A program made the position numbers and the translations under genes. Shown one piece after another: positions 8,999 through 17,164 of a DNA stretch of 64,000 bases. The DNA comes from a virus (lineage: Duplodnaviria; Caudoviricetes). The stretch's first letter is position 1; each line of letters begins with the position of its first letter. The notes under the pieces were generated by a model that worked only from the letters and a program-made list of their open reading frames with translations, had not been told where the DNA came from and made no database searches. Where the stretch lies: the IMG/VR virus record IMGVR_UViG_3300031998_000045, positions 22,751-86,750 of that record; one strand, given 5' to 3'.

Positions 8999-9077
8999 TG
9001 GTCAGGGCGAGCCGTGCTGCCCGGCTACCTATGGGACCCAAACCCATCGTGCAGAAATGCTGCTATACCACGCCCTG
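8999..9077 (-). ncRNA. tRNA-Pro(UGG)-derived RNA with rewritten D and T loops
   Basis: CAGGGCG/CGCCCTG-A-CCA acceptor, ATGGG-TTTGGGT-CCCAT anticodon arm, but D region GCAG-CATTT-CTGC and T loop GGCAGCA (no GG, no TTC). Confidence 0.7.
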
Positions 9078-9089
9078 TAAAATAAAAGC

Positions 9090-9202
9090 AAGACACATTT
9101 TTACGTGCTCTACCAGCTGAGCTACGAGATCTAAGATCTCGGCAAGATTCGAACTTGCGACCCCGAGCTTACCAGGCTTGAAAATACTGCTGTGTGTGTC
9201 TT
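9090..9202 (-). ncRNA. Stem/CAGCA RNA copy E6 enclosing a circularly permuted tRNA-Thr(GGU)
   Basis: AAGACAC-ACACAGCAG-...CAAGC-CTGGTAA-GCTCG-GGGTC-GCAAG-TTCGAAT-CTTGC-CGAGATC-TTA-GATCTCG-TA-GCTC-AGCTGGTA-GAGC-A...GTGTCTT. Confidence 0.8.
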
Positions 9203-9210
9203 GAAGAATC

Positions 9211-9300
9211 TTTGACTGCTGAAACCGCTCACTCATAAGTTTTCCGAGCCTCCTGTTAAGTAAGGCTCAGGTTGGATTCGAACCAATAGCAGCAGTCAAA
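9211..9300 (-). ncRNA. Second permuted tRNA-like (YrlA-like topology) RNA
   Basis: Closing stem TTTGACTGCTG/CAGCAGTCAAA around T arm TTGG-TTCGAAT-CCAA, closed hairpin CTGAGCCT/AGGCTCGG and D-like GAGTGAGCGGTTT. Confidence 0.55.
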
Positions 9301-9319
9301 AAATGAACAATGAAAATAA

Positions 9320-9404
9320 TGGTGGACCCGAAGAGAATCGAACTCTCACGCGAAACCGCACTGCTTGCAAAGCAGCTCCAATCACCACACTCTGACACGG
9401 GCCC
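9320..9404 (-). tRNA. tRNA-Ala(UGC) with long variable arm
   Basis: GGGCCCG/CGGGTCC gives G3.U70, loop TTTGCAA, extra arm GCGGTTTCGCG, TTCGATT, ACCA end. Confidence 0.75.
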
Positions 9405-9420
9405 ATAAAGCCAATAAAAC

Positions 9421-9467
9421 TAGATGCCAATTTTATTCTACAGATACAAACCTGCTGTAAGCATCTA
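9421..9467 (-). ncRNA. Stem/CAGCA RNA copy E7 with Tyr(GUA)-like anticodon loop
   Basis: TAGATGC-TTACAGCAG-GTTTG-TAT-CTGTAGA-ATA-AAATTG-GCATCTA. Confidence 0.65.
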
Positions 9468-9593
9468 AAAAAAGAAACTGTCAATTGTCAAAGATCAAAC
9501 ATTTATTTACATCGTGTGAGTCAAATCCCAAGCAACGGTCTTCATTCCCTTAAACATGTATACATTATACCACATTAAAGTGAATTCTTAAAC

Positions 9594-9797
9594 TCAAAGC
9601 TCATCTGGACAGAAGCCGGTTATCCGAGTCTCATTCAGCATCCGGCTCTCTTGTATCTTCAGAGACATGTAGTTGCACAGCTCTTCATTGAAAGCTCGCC
9701 GGATAGACTTTGGAACACATGAAGCAACTCGCTTCTCAGCACGTATGATCTTTGCCCGGAGCTTTTCAAGATCAGTCTTGTCTTCATTCTTCTTCAT
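9594..9797 (-). CDS. Hypothetical protein
   Basis: ORF with GGAGA RBS. Confidence 0.65.
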   Translation of the reverse strand: MKKNEDKTDLEKLRAKIIRAEKRVASCVPKSIRRAFNEELCNYMSLKIQESRMLNETRITGFCPDEL

Positions 9798-10296
9798 GGC
9801 GCTTCTCCTAGATGCTGTTGTCTGAGATCTTCTTTGAAAGACTGATCAAGCTCTCAGAAAGCTCTACTATCTTGATGTAGGTGTCCATCCAAGGGCTGAG
9901 TGTCTGACTTGAAGTGTTCTGTGTCTCTTCCTGCTCAGGCTTCTGCTTCGGAGCTTCAGCTGTCTCTGCATTCTCCTTCAAGATCTTGTACTGTCCGTTC
10001 CAGCGCTTCCACCATCCAGACTCGTCCAGCTTCTTGCAGTAGTCTTCACCCTTCTTGGTGAGATGCTTCCATCCAGCATACTCCCTTGACTCGCTTGCTG
10101 GCACAGCATAGATGAGTCCGTCTTTCTTAAGGCGGTACACAATGTTGCTGATCCGCTTGCTGGCTCGCTTTGAGCCAAGAGCATCTACCATCTCAGGCCA
10201 GTCGTCAGTGAATCCGCCAGGCGGCACCATGCATGGATGTCCACCTGCGTAGTAGTCAAGCATGAGCAGCTCATTCTTCATTGTCAAGTCATTCAT
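9784..10296 (-). CDS. Putative winged-helix DNA-binding protein
   Basis: SNIVYRLKKDGLI...HLTKKG pattern; TAG at 9808 read through to TGA 9784 under code 15. Confidence 0.5.
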
Positions 10297-10309
10297 CTTC
10301 TGTCTCCTT

Positions 10310-10672
10310 TTACTTTATCACAGGTGCTTCTGACTTCAGCTTTGGGCTCTTCTCCTTGACAACGTACTGTCCCTTGTTCTCACGAAGAGACTTGTCAAGA
10401 ATGTCATTGAAGCGAAGATTGGGGATCTTCTTCTCAAGTGGAAGAGTCCAGTCACGGTCACTTAGATCTGAGAACCAGGCAGATGGATTCTTCTTGCCCC
10501 AGCTGCTGTCTGTAGACCTGTCTACATAGTTTGGATCAATGTGCACTTTGGGATTGACTTTGTCTGCACAGTCACCAGGCTTCACCAGCTGGTTGACTAT
10601 CTCATCATGCTTGCGCCTGAATGTCTCATCACGCTTAGCTTCAATCTCATCATTGTCAGTCGATCTGATCAT
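10310..10672 (-). CDS. Hypothetical protein
   Basis: Track ORF with RBS, in operon. Confidence 0.65.
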   Translation of the reverse strand: MIRSTDNDEIEAKRDETFRRKHDEIVNQLVKPGDCADKVNPKVHIDPNYVDRSTDSSWGKKNPSAWFSDLSDRDWTLPLEKKIPNLRFNDILDKSLRENKGQYVVKEKSPKLKSEAPVIK

Positions 10673-10710
10673 GTTCAGCTTCTTTCTCTTTGTTGTAGTT
10701 GTCGGTAGTC

Positions 10711-10878
10711 TTAAGCAGTCTTGCTAGATGTCAGCTGAGCTAGTCTTGCTGGAATGACCTTGTTCCGGTTGCAGTCATCACAGCATTCACCGCTGGCTTT
10801 GACAGGAGCTGGGTTGTTTCCCCAGCCATAGAACTTCTTGCTGCAGATGCAGCATGTCTTGCATGGTCTTTCAGTCAT
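10711..10878 (-). CDS. Small Cys-rich (zinc-binding) phage protein, 55 aa
   Basis: Below track cutoff; CCICSKKFYGWGNNPAP...CCDDCN...VIPARL; RBS and promoter box upstream. Confidence 0.7.
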   Translation of the reverse strand: MTERPCKTCCICSKKFYGWGNNPAPVKASGECCDDCNRNKVIPARLAQLTSSKTA

Positions 10879-10967
10879 AGCTTTCTTTTCTCCTTTACGC
10901 TATAGATTGTATCAAAAGCTTGATGGTTCAGCCACTTAAGAAGCTAACTGACTTCAGCTTCTTGAAC

Positions 10968-11207
10968 TTATGTGAACAATTTAGTCTTCTCGATCTTGTG
11001 AATGTAGACATGCGGCGAAAGTGTCATCTTGCTGGCGAAGATTGCTGCAGCTTCAAATGCTGTCTTAGCTCTAATCGCCATAGCTGATGAATAATGCAAG
11101 TCAAATGTCACTTTGATGTGAGCTTCATCTGTGTTATCTATAGATGCGCCTAGCACATATGTGACTAGCCACATTGAATCTTCTTCTTTCTTCTTGAACG
11201 GCCACAT
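10968..11207 (-). CDS. Hypothetical protein (MWPFK start)
   Basis: ATG 11207 after AGGAGA; the 3' end is duplicated at 22878-22961. Confidence 0.65.
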   Translation of the reverse strand: MWPFKKKEEDSMWLVTYVLGASIDNTDEAHIKVTFDLHYSSAMAIRAKTAFEAAAIFASKMTLSPHVYIHKIEKTKLFT

Positions 11208-11220
11208 TGCAAGTCTCCTT

Positions 11221-11466
11221 TCATGCTCTCTGCAGTCGGTCCCACTCAATTGCATACTTCATGTAAGTGTTGATCGCAGCATCGAACGCTGCATATGCAG
11301 CAAAGCTCGTGTCATCATCCGCAGGATGGTTTTTCTCTGCTTCAATGACATGTTGAAGCGCGATGAATATGTCATTGTTCAGCTTGCCATCAGGAGCGAG
11401 GAGCTCTTCAAGCTCCTCTTCGCGGGTCTTGACTTCCATTTCAATGACTGAGTTGATCTTGACCAT
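11221..11466 (-). CDS. Hypothetical protein
   Basis: Track ORF with AGGAGA RBS. Confidence 0.65.
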   Translation of the reverse strand: MVKINSVIEMEVKTREEELEELLAPDGKLNNDIFIALQHVIEAEKNHPADDDTSFAAYAAFDAAINTYMKYAIEWDRLQRA

Positions 11467-11706
11467 TGTGGGTCTCCTTTCAGCCGACTGGATAGCGCTG
11501 GTTCAAGACATCACAGCACATCGAAGCTGCTGCCATGTCATATGCCACTGCATAGACTTTCTGGTTCTTGTCTACAATGTGGTACTCAGGAAGTCCATAT
11601 GGACCAACTGCAGTCACAACTTTAAGTGGTCTGTCTGTAAGCATCTTCTTTTCTCCTTTACGCTATAGATTCTATCAAAGCCCAAGCGCTTCAGCCATTC
11701 AAGAAG

Positions 11707-12666
11707 TCAACTTCCTGAACAAGCGCAGTCTGGCTTCTCAACAGGAAGCTTCCAGTTCTTGATGAACTCGTCAAGATCTCCCATCACTGCAGACTCTCTA
11801 GCGCCAAATGGATAGTTCTCTCTCACCGGAAGTGTCTGACCGTTCCACCCTTCAAACACAGCTTTCTTCAGCTTCGGGCAGCCGGCAAACACATTTTCGC
11901 CGATTGACTTGACACTTTCTGGAATTCTGATCTCTTCAAGAGAAGTGCAGCCATAGAAAGCTCGTGGATCTATGATCTCAAGCGTGCTGGGAAGGACAAC
12001 TTTCTTCAAGCTTGTGCAGCCGTAGAAAGCTCTCTGGTCTATCCACCGGACTCCCTCTGGAATCTCAATGCTCTCAAGAGAAGTGCATTCCAAGAAAGCA
12101 TCAGCGCCGATCTCAAGAACTGGTCCGCGGAATTCTACTTCTTTCAAGCTGTAGCATTTCTTGCAAGTCAGATGCTCAATCCGGCGCATAGCTGGAAAAG
12201 AGATCTTCTCAAGAGAGTCACATCCCTTGAACACAGCACTTCCCATTGTCTTGACTGAGTCAGGAATCCAGACTTCTTTTAGAGCAGAGCAGTTGATGAA
12301 AGCGCTTCCACCGATCTCTTCAACTGAGTCTGGGATGTCTACAGCAGGAAGTGTGATGATGTTTGAGTAGCATCCTGAAGATATGATCTTGCATCTCGGC
12401 ACGTGGATGGGGAAGTCTATCTCTGTAGACATTGCACTGATGTAGGGACGGTCATCAAGCCAGAGCAAGAACTGGTCTGGAGGCTGGACTTCTTCAAGAC
12501 TGTCATTGAAGAAAGCCATGTTCCCGTCTCGAGTCAAGATGCCGTAGCATAGCGTGTCTCTTGGCGAGCAGAGCTTGACTGCGTTGTTTGCTTTGACGAG
12601 AGCAAACTTGTCATCTGCGAGATCAAGCTTCATCTTGAACTCGCATGGGCTCATGAATCTAGACAT
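11707..12666 (-). CDS. BspA-type leucine-rich repeat (LRR_5) protein
   Basis: Repeats IPDSVxxIGxxAFxxCxSL; N-terminal MSPCEFKMKLDLADD motif shared with 38.5-41.2 kb paralogs. Confidence 0.85.
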   Translation of the reverse strand: MSRFMSPCEFKMKLDLADDKFALVKANNAVKLCSPRDTLCYGILTRDGNMAFFNDSLEEVQPPDQFLLWLDDRPYISAMSTEIDFPIHVPRCKIISSGCYSNIITLPAVDIPDSVEEIGGSAFINCSALKEVWIPDSVKTMGSAVFKGCDSLEKISFPAMRRIEHLTCKKCYSLKEVEFRGPVLEIGADAFLECTSLESIEIPEGVRWIDQRAFYGCTSLKKVVLPSTLEIIDPRAFYGCTSLEEIRIPESVKSIGENVFAGCPKLKKAVFEGWNGQTLPVRENYPFGARESAVMGDLDEFIKNWKLPVEKPDCACSGS

Positions 12667-12669
12667 AGC

Positions 12670-12861
12670 TCAGCATCCAAATGTAGAAGAAGTGTTGAAA
12701 GAGTCGCTCCAGTCAATTCCCTCTTCTACTTTGCCGTCATACTCAAGTATCTCTCTGATGAGACTCTTCTTCTTTGGCTTCTTGACTTCAATTCCGAATT
12801 CTTCAATAGATGCACTGTCATCAGCATTCTCAAGAAGCTTCTTCAACTCTCCGACTGTCAT
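12670..12861 (-). CDS. Small hypothetical protein (MTVGELKKLLE)
   Basis: ATG overlaps the TGA of the upstream ORF (ATGA). Confidence 0.6.
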   Translation of the reverse strand: MTVGELKKLLENADDSASIEEFGIEVKKPKKKSLIREILEYDGKVEEGIDWSDSFNTSSTFGC

Positions 12862-13190
12862 GCTTTCTTCTCCATTCTGTCTTTCGGCTTCAATATCTTC
12901 ATCAGATGGAACTTCCAGTTCTTCAGCTCTCGCTCTTCTGAGAAGAACTTGAGCCACTGCTCTGGAGTTCCATAGCTTGAAAGACTGTCTACATTCTTTG
13001 ATGGGAACTTCAATGCTTCATGCACATCATGAGTTATCTTGTAAGAAGCAAATCCCTTCCCGTCATTCATGGCTAGAAATCCCTGCTGGTCTTTGTCAGT
13101 TCTGTCAAATCCCATCAAGACAAACCAGTCTTCTTCATTCTTCTTTCTTGCTCTTGTCTTCTGGATCTTCTGAGCTTTCTGCTTCTTCAT
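12858..13190 (-). CDS. Hypothetical protein
   Basis: Track ORF, start adjusted to ATG 13190. Confidence 0.55.
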   Translation of the reverse strand: MKKQKAQKIQKTRARKKNEEDWFVLMGFDRTDKDQQGFLAMNDGKGFASYKITHDVHEALKFPSKNVDSLSSYGTPEQWLKFFSEERELKNWKFHLMKILKPKDRMEKKA

Positions 13191-13659
13191 TGCTCTCTCC
13201 GGTCTGGATTCCATCACCCTCTACAGCAGACTTCAAGACAGACATCACATTGTCAACCATTGACAGAGACTTTCTGTTGCAACGCAGCAAGTAGAATCCA
13301 GCGTAAGATGACAGAGCATAGCTCATGACAATGAACACATTTGCTATGTCAGTCCAGCCATAGTGCTGAAGAGCTATGTATATGCCGAACACGAACAAGA
13401 TGTCTATGACACATGCACATATCATCATCACATCAAACTTGCGGCCATACTCTTCAATAGCTTTGTCAGTTCCAATCTTGTCTGGGTCATGCTCATCAGC
13501 ACGCTGTCTGGCAAGCTCTGCAACGTCATCATAGACACTGTCAGTCGTGTCATTCATCTTGGCAAACTCAAGGAGAGCTTTGCCCATCAGGTCGGCCAAC
13601 GCTCCGAGGAACGTCAGCCAGACCGAAGCTTTCACTAAGAAAGCTTGTATCATACGCAC
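13135..13659 (-). CDS. Putative membrane protein
   Basis: Two to three hydrophobic segments. Confidence 0.6.
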   Translation of the reverse strand: MRMIQAFLVKASVWLTFLGALADLMGKALLEFAKMNDTTDSVYDDVAELARQRADEHDPDKIGTDKAIEEYGRKFDVMMICACVIDILFVFGIYIALQHYGWTDIANVFIVMSYALSSYAGFYLLRCNRKSLSMVDNVMSVLKSAVEGDGIQTGESNEEAESSEDPEDKSKKEE

Positions 13660-15209
13660 TCCTGAAATGCAGCTTCTACCGGCGCATAGCGCTCAGAAGA
13701 GAGCTGGTCAACCAGCGCTTCAAACGGGTCGAGCTTGCTGGACAGAGCCATCTTCAAGACTGAAGGCGAGAAGCCAGACACAAGTGTGCATCCGTTCTCC
13801 ATCTGCTGGACAGGGATGACCGTCCTAGAGTTTGCGCTGATGTTCCACCACGCCATCTTCGGCACAATGTATCCAGCGTTCTTGTACATCTCGGCAATCT
13901 CCCGCATCAGAGTCTTGTCTTCTCCCCAGTCAGTCGTGCCTTGGTCAAAGTGCATGTCACTGAGGATGAGGATTGTCGAAGGCAAGTCTTCCTGCTTGAG
14001 GTTGTTGTTCACAGCCGAGTCGAGGATGAGCTTCATCGTCTTGCGCAAGTCTGTGTTGGCACATTCAGCTTCTGCGTAAGAGAGAGCAAGCTTGTCAGCA
14101 AGAGTCTTGCAGTTGCTCATGTCAATGTACTTCGGCTTGTTGCTGAAGCTGATGTACTTGTCCTTGTACGGTCCAGAGAGCTTCTCACTGGTGTAGATGC
14201 CGAGAGAGAATGCAACATCAATTGCCTGCATTCCGCCTCCACCGACTCCAACTGTCATCGAGCCAGAAGAGTCTACGACGCAGAGCGTCTTCCCAGTGTC
14301 AGAGGATGCATAGTCAGGAAGCGCCTTCCACATCTCCTCAAGGGCTGTGTCAGCCTTGATGTGCAGAGTCCTCCAGTCAAAGTAGTTCTGCTTTGCCGTC
14401 GTCATGTAGCTGTGGACGATGTCGCAGGGGAAAGCTGTTGAAGAGTTTATCTTCACTCCCTCATCCCCGCGGGCCAGAGACTCAAGCCATGCCTGGCGAC
14501 GGGCAGCATCATGCTTTGTGAATGCATTCTTGTACTTGATGTTGGCGAGACTCGGCACAGCATTGTAGTCTACTTCACTCCACTTGTTTGCAGAGATTCC
14601 GACTTCAACTACCTTAGATGCTGCACGCAGCTTTGACAGAGTCTTGCGGTACTGACGCTCAGTCATGCCGAGGTCAGCTGCAATTGTGCGTCCAAGAGCT
14701 TTTGTCTTCGGCGAGCTTGTGCAGACAGAGGGAAGCCACTTCGCAAGAAGCGAGACAGACTTGCCAGCATCTGCAGCTTCAAGGTCAGCTGTCAGCTGAG
14801 CTGCAATGATGTCAAGAGCTTTCTTCCAGAGGTCTCTCTTGAGCTCGGACATCCAGAGATCATCCCAGCGCCCATACTCAGGTGCCAGCTTGAGAAGCTT
14901 CTCAGCGAGCTCTGGCTTCTGACCTGCAAGCCAAGAGAAGCAGATGCGGAAGAGACGCCGCTCTCCCATTCCACCTCTCACGTCACGAGAGAAGAAGAGC
15001 CACTTCACTGCCAGAAGCGGGTCTTCAAAGTATGCTTCTGCAAACTTCTTCTCAATGGTGGTCTCATCTGCCTGCCTCAAGCTTGAGACAGAGAAATTGA
15101 TGTCAAGCAGCGCTTTGCCAGTTGTGGCATGCATCACTGCTCCATTGTCAGACAGAGTCTTCTCATTCTTGAGCTCTGACTTCAATGCTTCTTCGAACTT
15201 GTCATTCAT
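13650..15209 (-). CDS. DUF2828-family TROVE/Ro60-like protein with C-terminal vWA domain (519 aa)
   Basis: RDVRGGMGERRLFR, EYGRWDDLW, AKWLPS, YRKTLSKLR, then vWA MIDAS VVDSSGSM, ILILSDMHFD; start MNDKF after GAAAAGGAA. Confidence 0.85.
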   Translation of the reverse strand: MNDKFEEALKSELKNEKTLSDNGAVMHATTGKALLDINFSVSSLRQADETTIEKKFAEAYFEDPLLAVKWLFFSRDVRGGMGERRLFRICFSWLAGQKPELAEKLLKLAPEYGRWDDLWMSELKRDLWKKALDIIAAQLTADLEAADAGKSVSLLAKWLPSVCTSSPKTKALGRTIAADLGMTERQYRKTLSKLRAASKVVEVGISANKWSEVDYNAVPSLANIKYKNAFTKHDAARRQAWLESLARGDEGVKINSSTAFPCDIVHSYMTTAKQNYFDWRTLHIKADTALEEMWKALPDYASSDTGKTLCVVDSSGSMTVGVGGGGMQAIDVAFSLGIYTSEKLSGPYKDKYISFSNKPKYIDMSNCKTLADKLALSYAEAECANTDLRKTMKLILDSAVNNNLKQEDLPSTILILSDMHFDQGTTDWGEDKTLMREIAEMYKNAGYIVPKMAWWNISANSRTVIPVQQMENGCTLVSGFSPSVLKMALSSKLDPFEALVDQLSSERYAPVEAAFQECV

Positions 15210-15228
15210 CTGCTGTTCCTTTTCTCTT

Positions 15229-15525
15229 TCAGTTGTTGTCCAAAAAGGCTTGTGCTTCTCTCTACTCTTCAATTGGAAGATAGATCTGGCAGCTGTGCAC
15301 TTCAGCGCCAAACTTGTTTGTCAAGATGTTGCAGCAGAAAGTCTCTATTGCATCTTCCACTGTAGTCTTCTTGCTCTTCTTTGCTCCCTCAATGACACCG
15401 TCTGGAATGTTCAATGTCATCTCTTCAGGAAGATTGTAGATCTTTGTCTTCCCTTTTGGATTGCTCCACTTTATGTTGCACACAGTCACCTGCATGCTGT
15501 CCGTCTCATTGTCTATGTTCTGCAT
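15229..15525 (-). CDS. Hypothetical protein
   Basis: Track ORF; TAG at 15262 read through to TGA 15229. Confidence 0.6.
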
Positions 15526-15646
15526 TGTATGCTTTGTTAGAACTGCTTAGAGAATTCAAGCAATGCTCATGCATTCGCCTGCTGCTGAGTCTAAGCTTCT
15601 CAGCTAGATTATATTATATCACATTTTCAGATAGCATAAACATCTG

Positions 15647-16276
15647 TCAATGCATTGTCTTTGGACGTAAGAAGAACAGCTTTCCGCTAGCATCTCTCTT
15701 GCATCTGAGAAGCTTCTTTGGATTTGTCCTGAACAATGCATCTAGATATCTCATCAGCTCATCATCAGAGACAATCTTGAATCCCCACTTCATGCAGCCG
15801 ACATTCACATTCATTATGCCATGGTCTAAGTCTAAGCAATGCTTCCATGCATTATGCACATGCCCACATATGACTATTGGCGAAGCAAGACAGCATTTGT
15901 CTATGCGGATGTCATAAGACGGATAGTGAGACAGAGAGACTGATGGATACTTCTTGCTCAGAAACAGATGCATTGAGTCACATATAGACTTCACTTTGTT
16001 GTGTATGTCATGATTGCCTCTGATGTTCAAGAAGGTCGCGGACAAGTCCTTGACAAACTGGTCAGGTTTTTCACTAAGACCTTCATGTCCACGGTCATTG
16101 CCAAACTGTCCAAGATCTCCAAGATGGTATATCACATCGTCTTCTCTGGCCCACTCTCTGCAAGACCTGATGAGGGCTGCATCATGAGACTCTATAGACT
16201 TGAAAGGCCACTTCTCAAGGGACAGCAAGAGCTTAGATCCCAGATGGAAGTCGGATGTGAAGAATCGTCTGGCCAT
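15647..16276 (-). CDS. Calcineurin-like metallophosphoesterase
   Basis: TSDFHLG, HLGD, RGNHD, LSHYP, GHVH motifs. Confidence 0.9.
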   Translation of the reverse strand: MARRFFTSDFHLGSKLLLSLEKWPFKSIESHDAALIRSCREWAREDDVIYHLGDLGQFGNDRGHEGLSEKPDQFVKDLSATFLNIRGNHDIHNKVKSICDSMHLFLSKKYPSVSLSHYPSYDIRIDKCCLASPIVICGHVHNAWKHCLDLDHGIMNVNVGCMKWGFKIVSDDELMRYLDALFRTNPKKLLRCKRDASGKLFFLRPKTMH

Positions 16277-16305
16277 AGCATTAGACTATATTATACATCT
16301 TCCGC

Positions 16306-17052
16306 TTAGCTTGAATATGCATGGCTAGTCTTCATTGTAGAGACCATGTCACATACACTTGCATCTACAAGGTTGTCGCTGAGAAGGCTGTCAACTTTCT
16401 TGAACAGCTCATGCTTCTCATCATACACGCGTTCTGCAAGCGCCTTCATGGCTTTGTCATATGCAGCTTTGAGCTTGGCTGCCTCTTGCTGTTTTTTGCT
16501 GTCTATGTCAGCTAAGCAGTCATAGATGTGGACAGCAAATTCAAACTCAATAGGGTTGAGCTCTCTTCCAGCAAAAGCTTTCACTTTGTCGGGCGGCCAG
16601 CTCGACACATCAGCATCTGCAATGAGTGCGGCTGCCAGCAGTATGTCATCTATCAGAATAGGCTCCTCGCTATAGGGGGATATGGATTCATGCTTGGCAG
16701 CTGCTAGATCTGCTAGATCCATGTGTGGCTCCTTGTAGCCAGTGCGCCAAAGATGCTCATGCTCATACTCAATCATTGTGGTTGTGATGATGACAGCGGC
16801 AGCGGCGTCTTTTACAACGCTAGGTGGAATAACTCGGCCAGGGTGAAGATCATATTTTATAGCTATGGTCATGTCATCTAAGTACTCAATTCTCATGACG
16901 GTAGGCCATGGCGCTATCTTCAAAAGCTTTGCCATCTCAGGCGTGGCTCTAGCCATCCGAGATGCATTCAAGAAATTGCTAGCTTTGCTCCATATGAGAT
17001 GCAGGATCTTGAAGGCTTTGTAAGAATGCACATTAGTTCTGACAGTGGTCAT
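16306..17052 (-). CDS. Divergent 'IHTGLY' family paralog
   Basis: VRTNVHSYKAFKIL N-terminus, GRELNPIEFE + coiled coil. Confidence 0.65.
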   Translation of the reverse strand: MTTVRTNVHSYKAFKILHLIWSKASNFLNASRMARATPEMAKLLKIAPWPTVMRIEYLDDMTIAIKYDLHPGRVIPPSVVKDAAAAVIITTTMIEYEHEHLWRTGYKEPHMDLADLAAAKHESISPYSEEPILIDDILLAAALIADADVSSWPPDKVKAFAGRELNPIEFEFAVHIYDCLADIDSKKQQEAAKLKAAYDKAMKALAERVYDEKHELFKKVDSLLSDNLVDASVCDMVSTMKTSHAYSS

Positions 17053-17164
17053 TGCTCTCTCCTCAAATTGCTTAGGTCCATCTGGCTAGAAAAACCCAGC
17101 TCTGAGAAGTGGCCACCACACCACACCTCAGAGCTGGGCACCGCTTTCGCTAGCCTGACACCAC

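Noticed and set aside
4318-9467. CRISPR array interpretation of the repeated stem/CAGCA elements
   Set aside because: Copies are dispersed, flank rather than alternate with the variable part, covary in sequence, and no cas genes are present.
6801-9467. Amber suppressor tRNA (CUA anticodon)
   Set aside because: All anticodon loops I could read were checked and none is CTA; it may lie outside this window.
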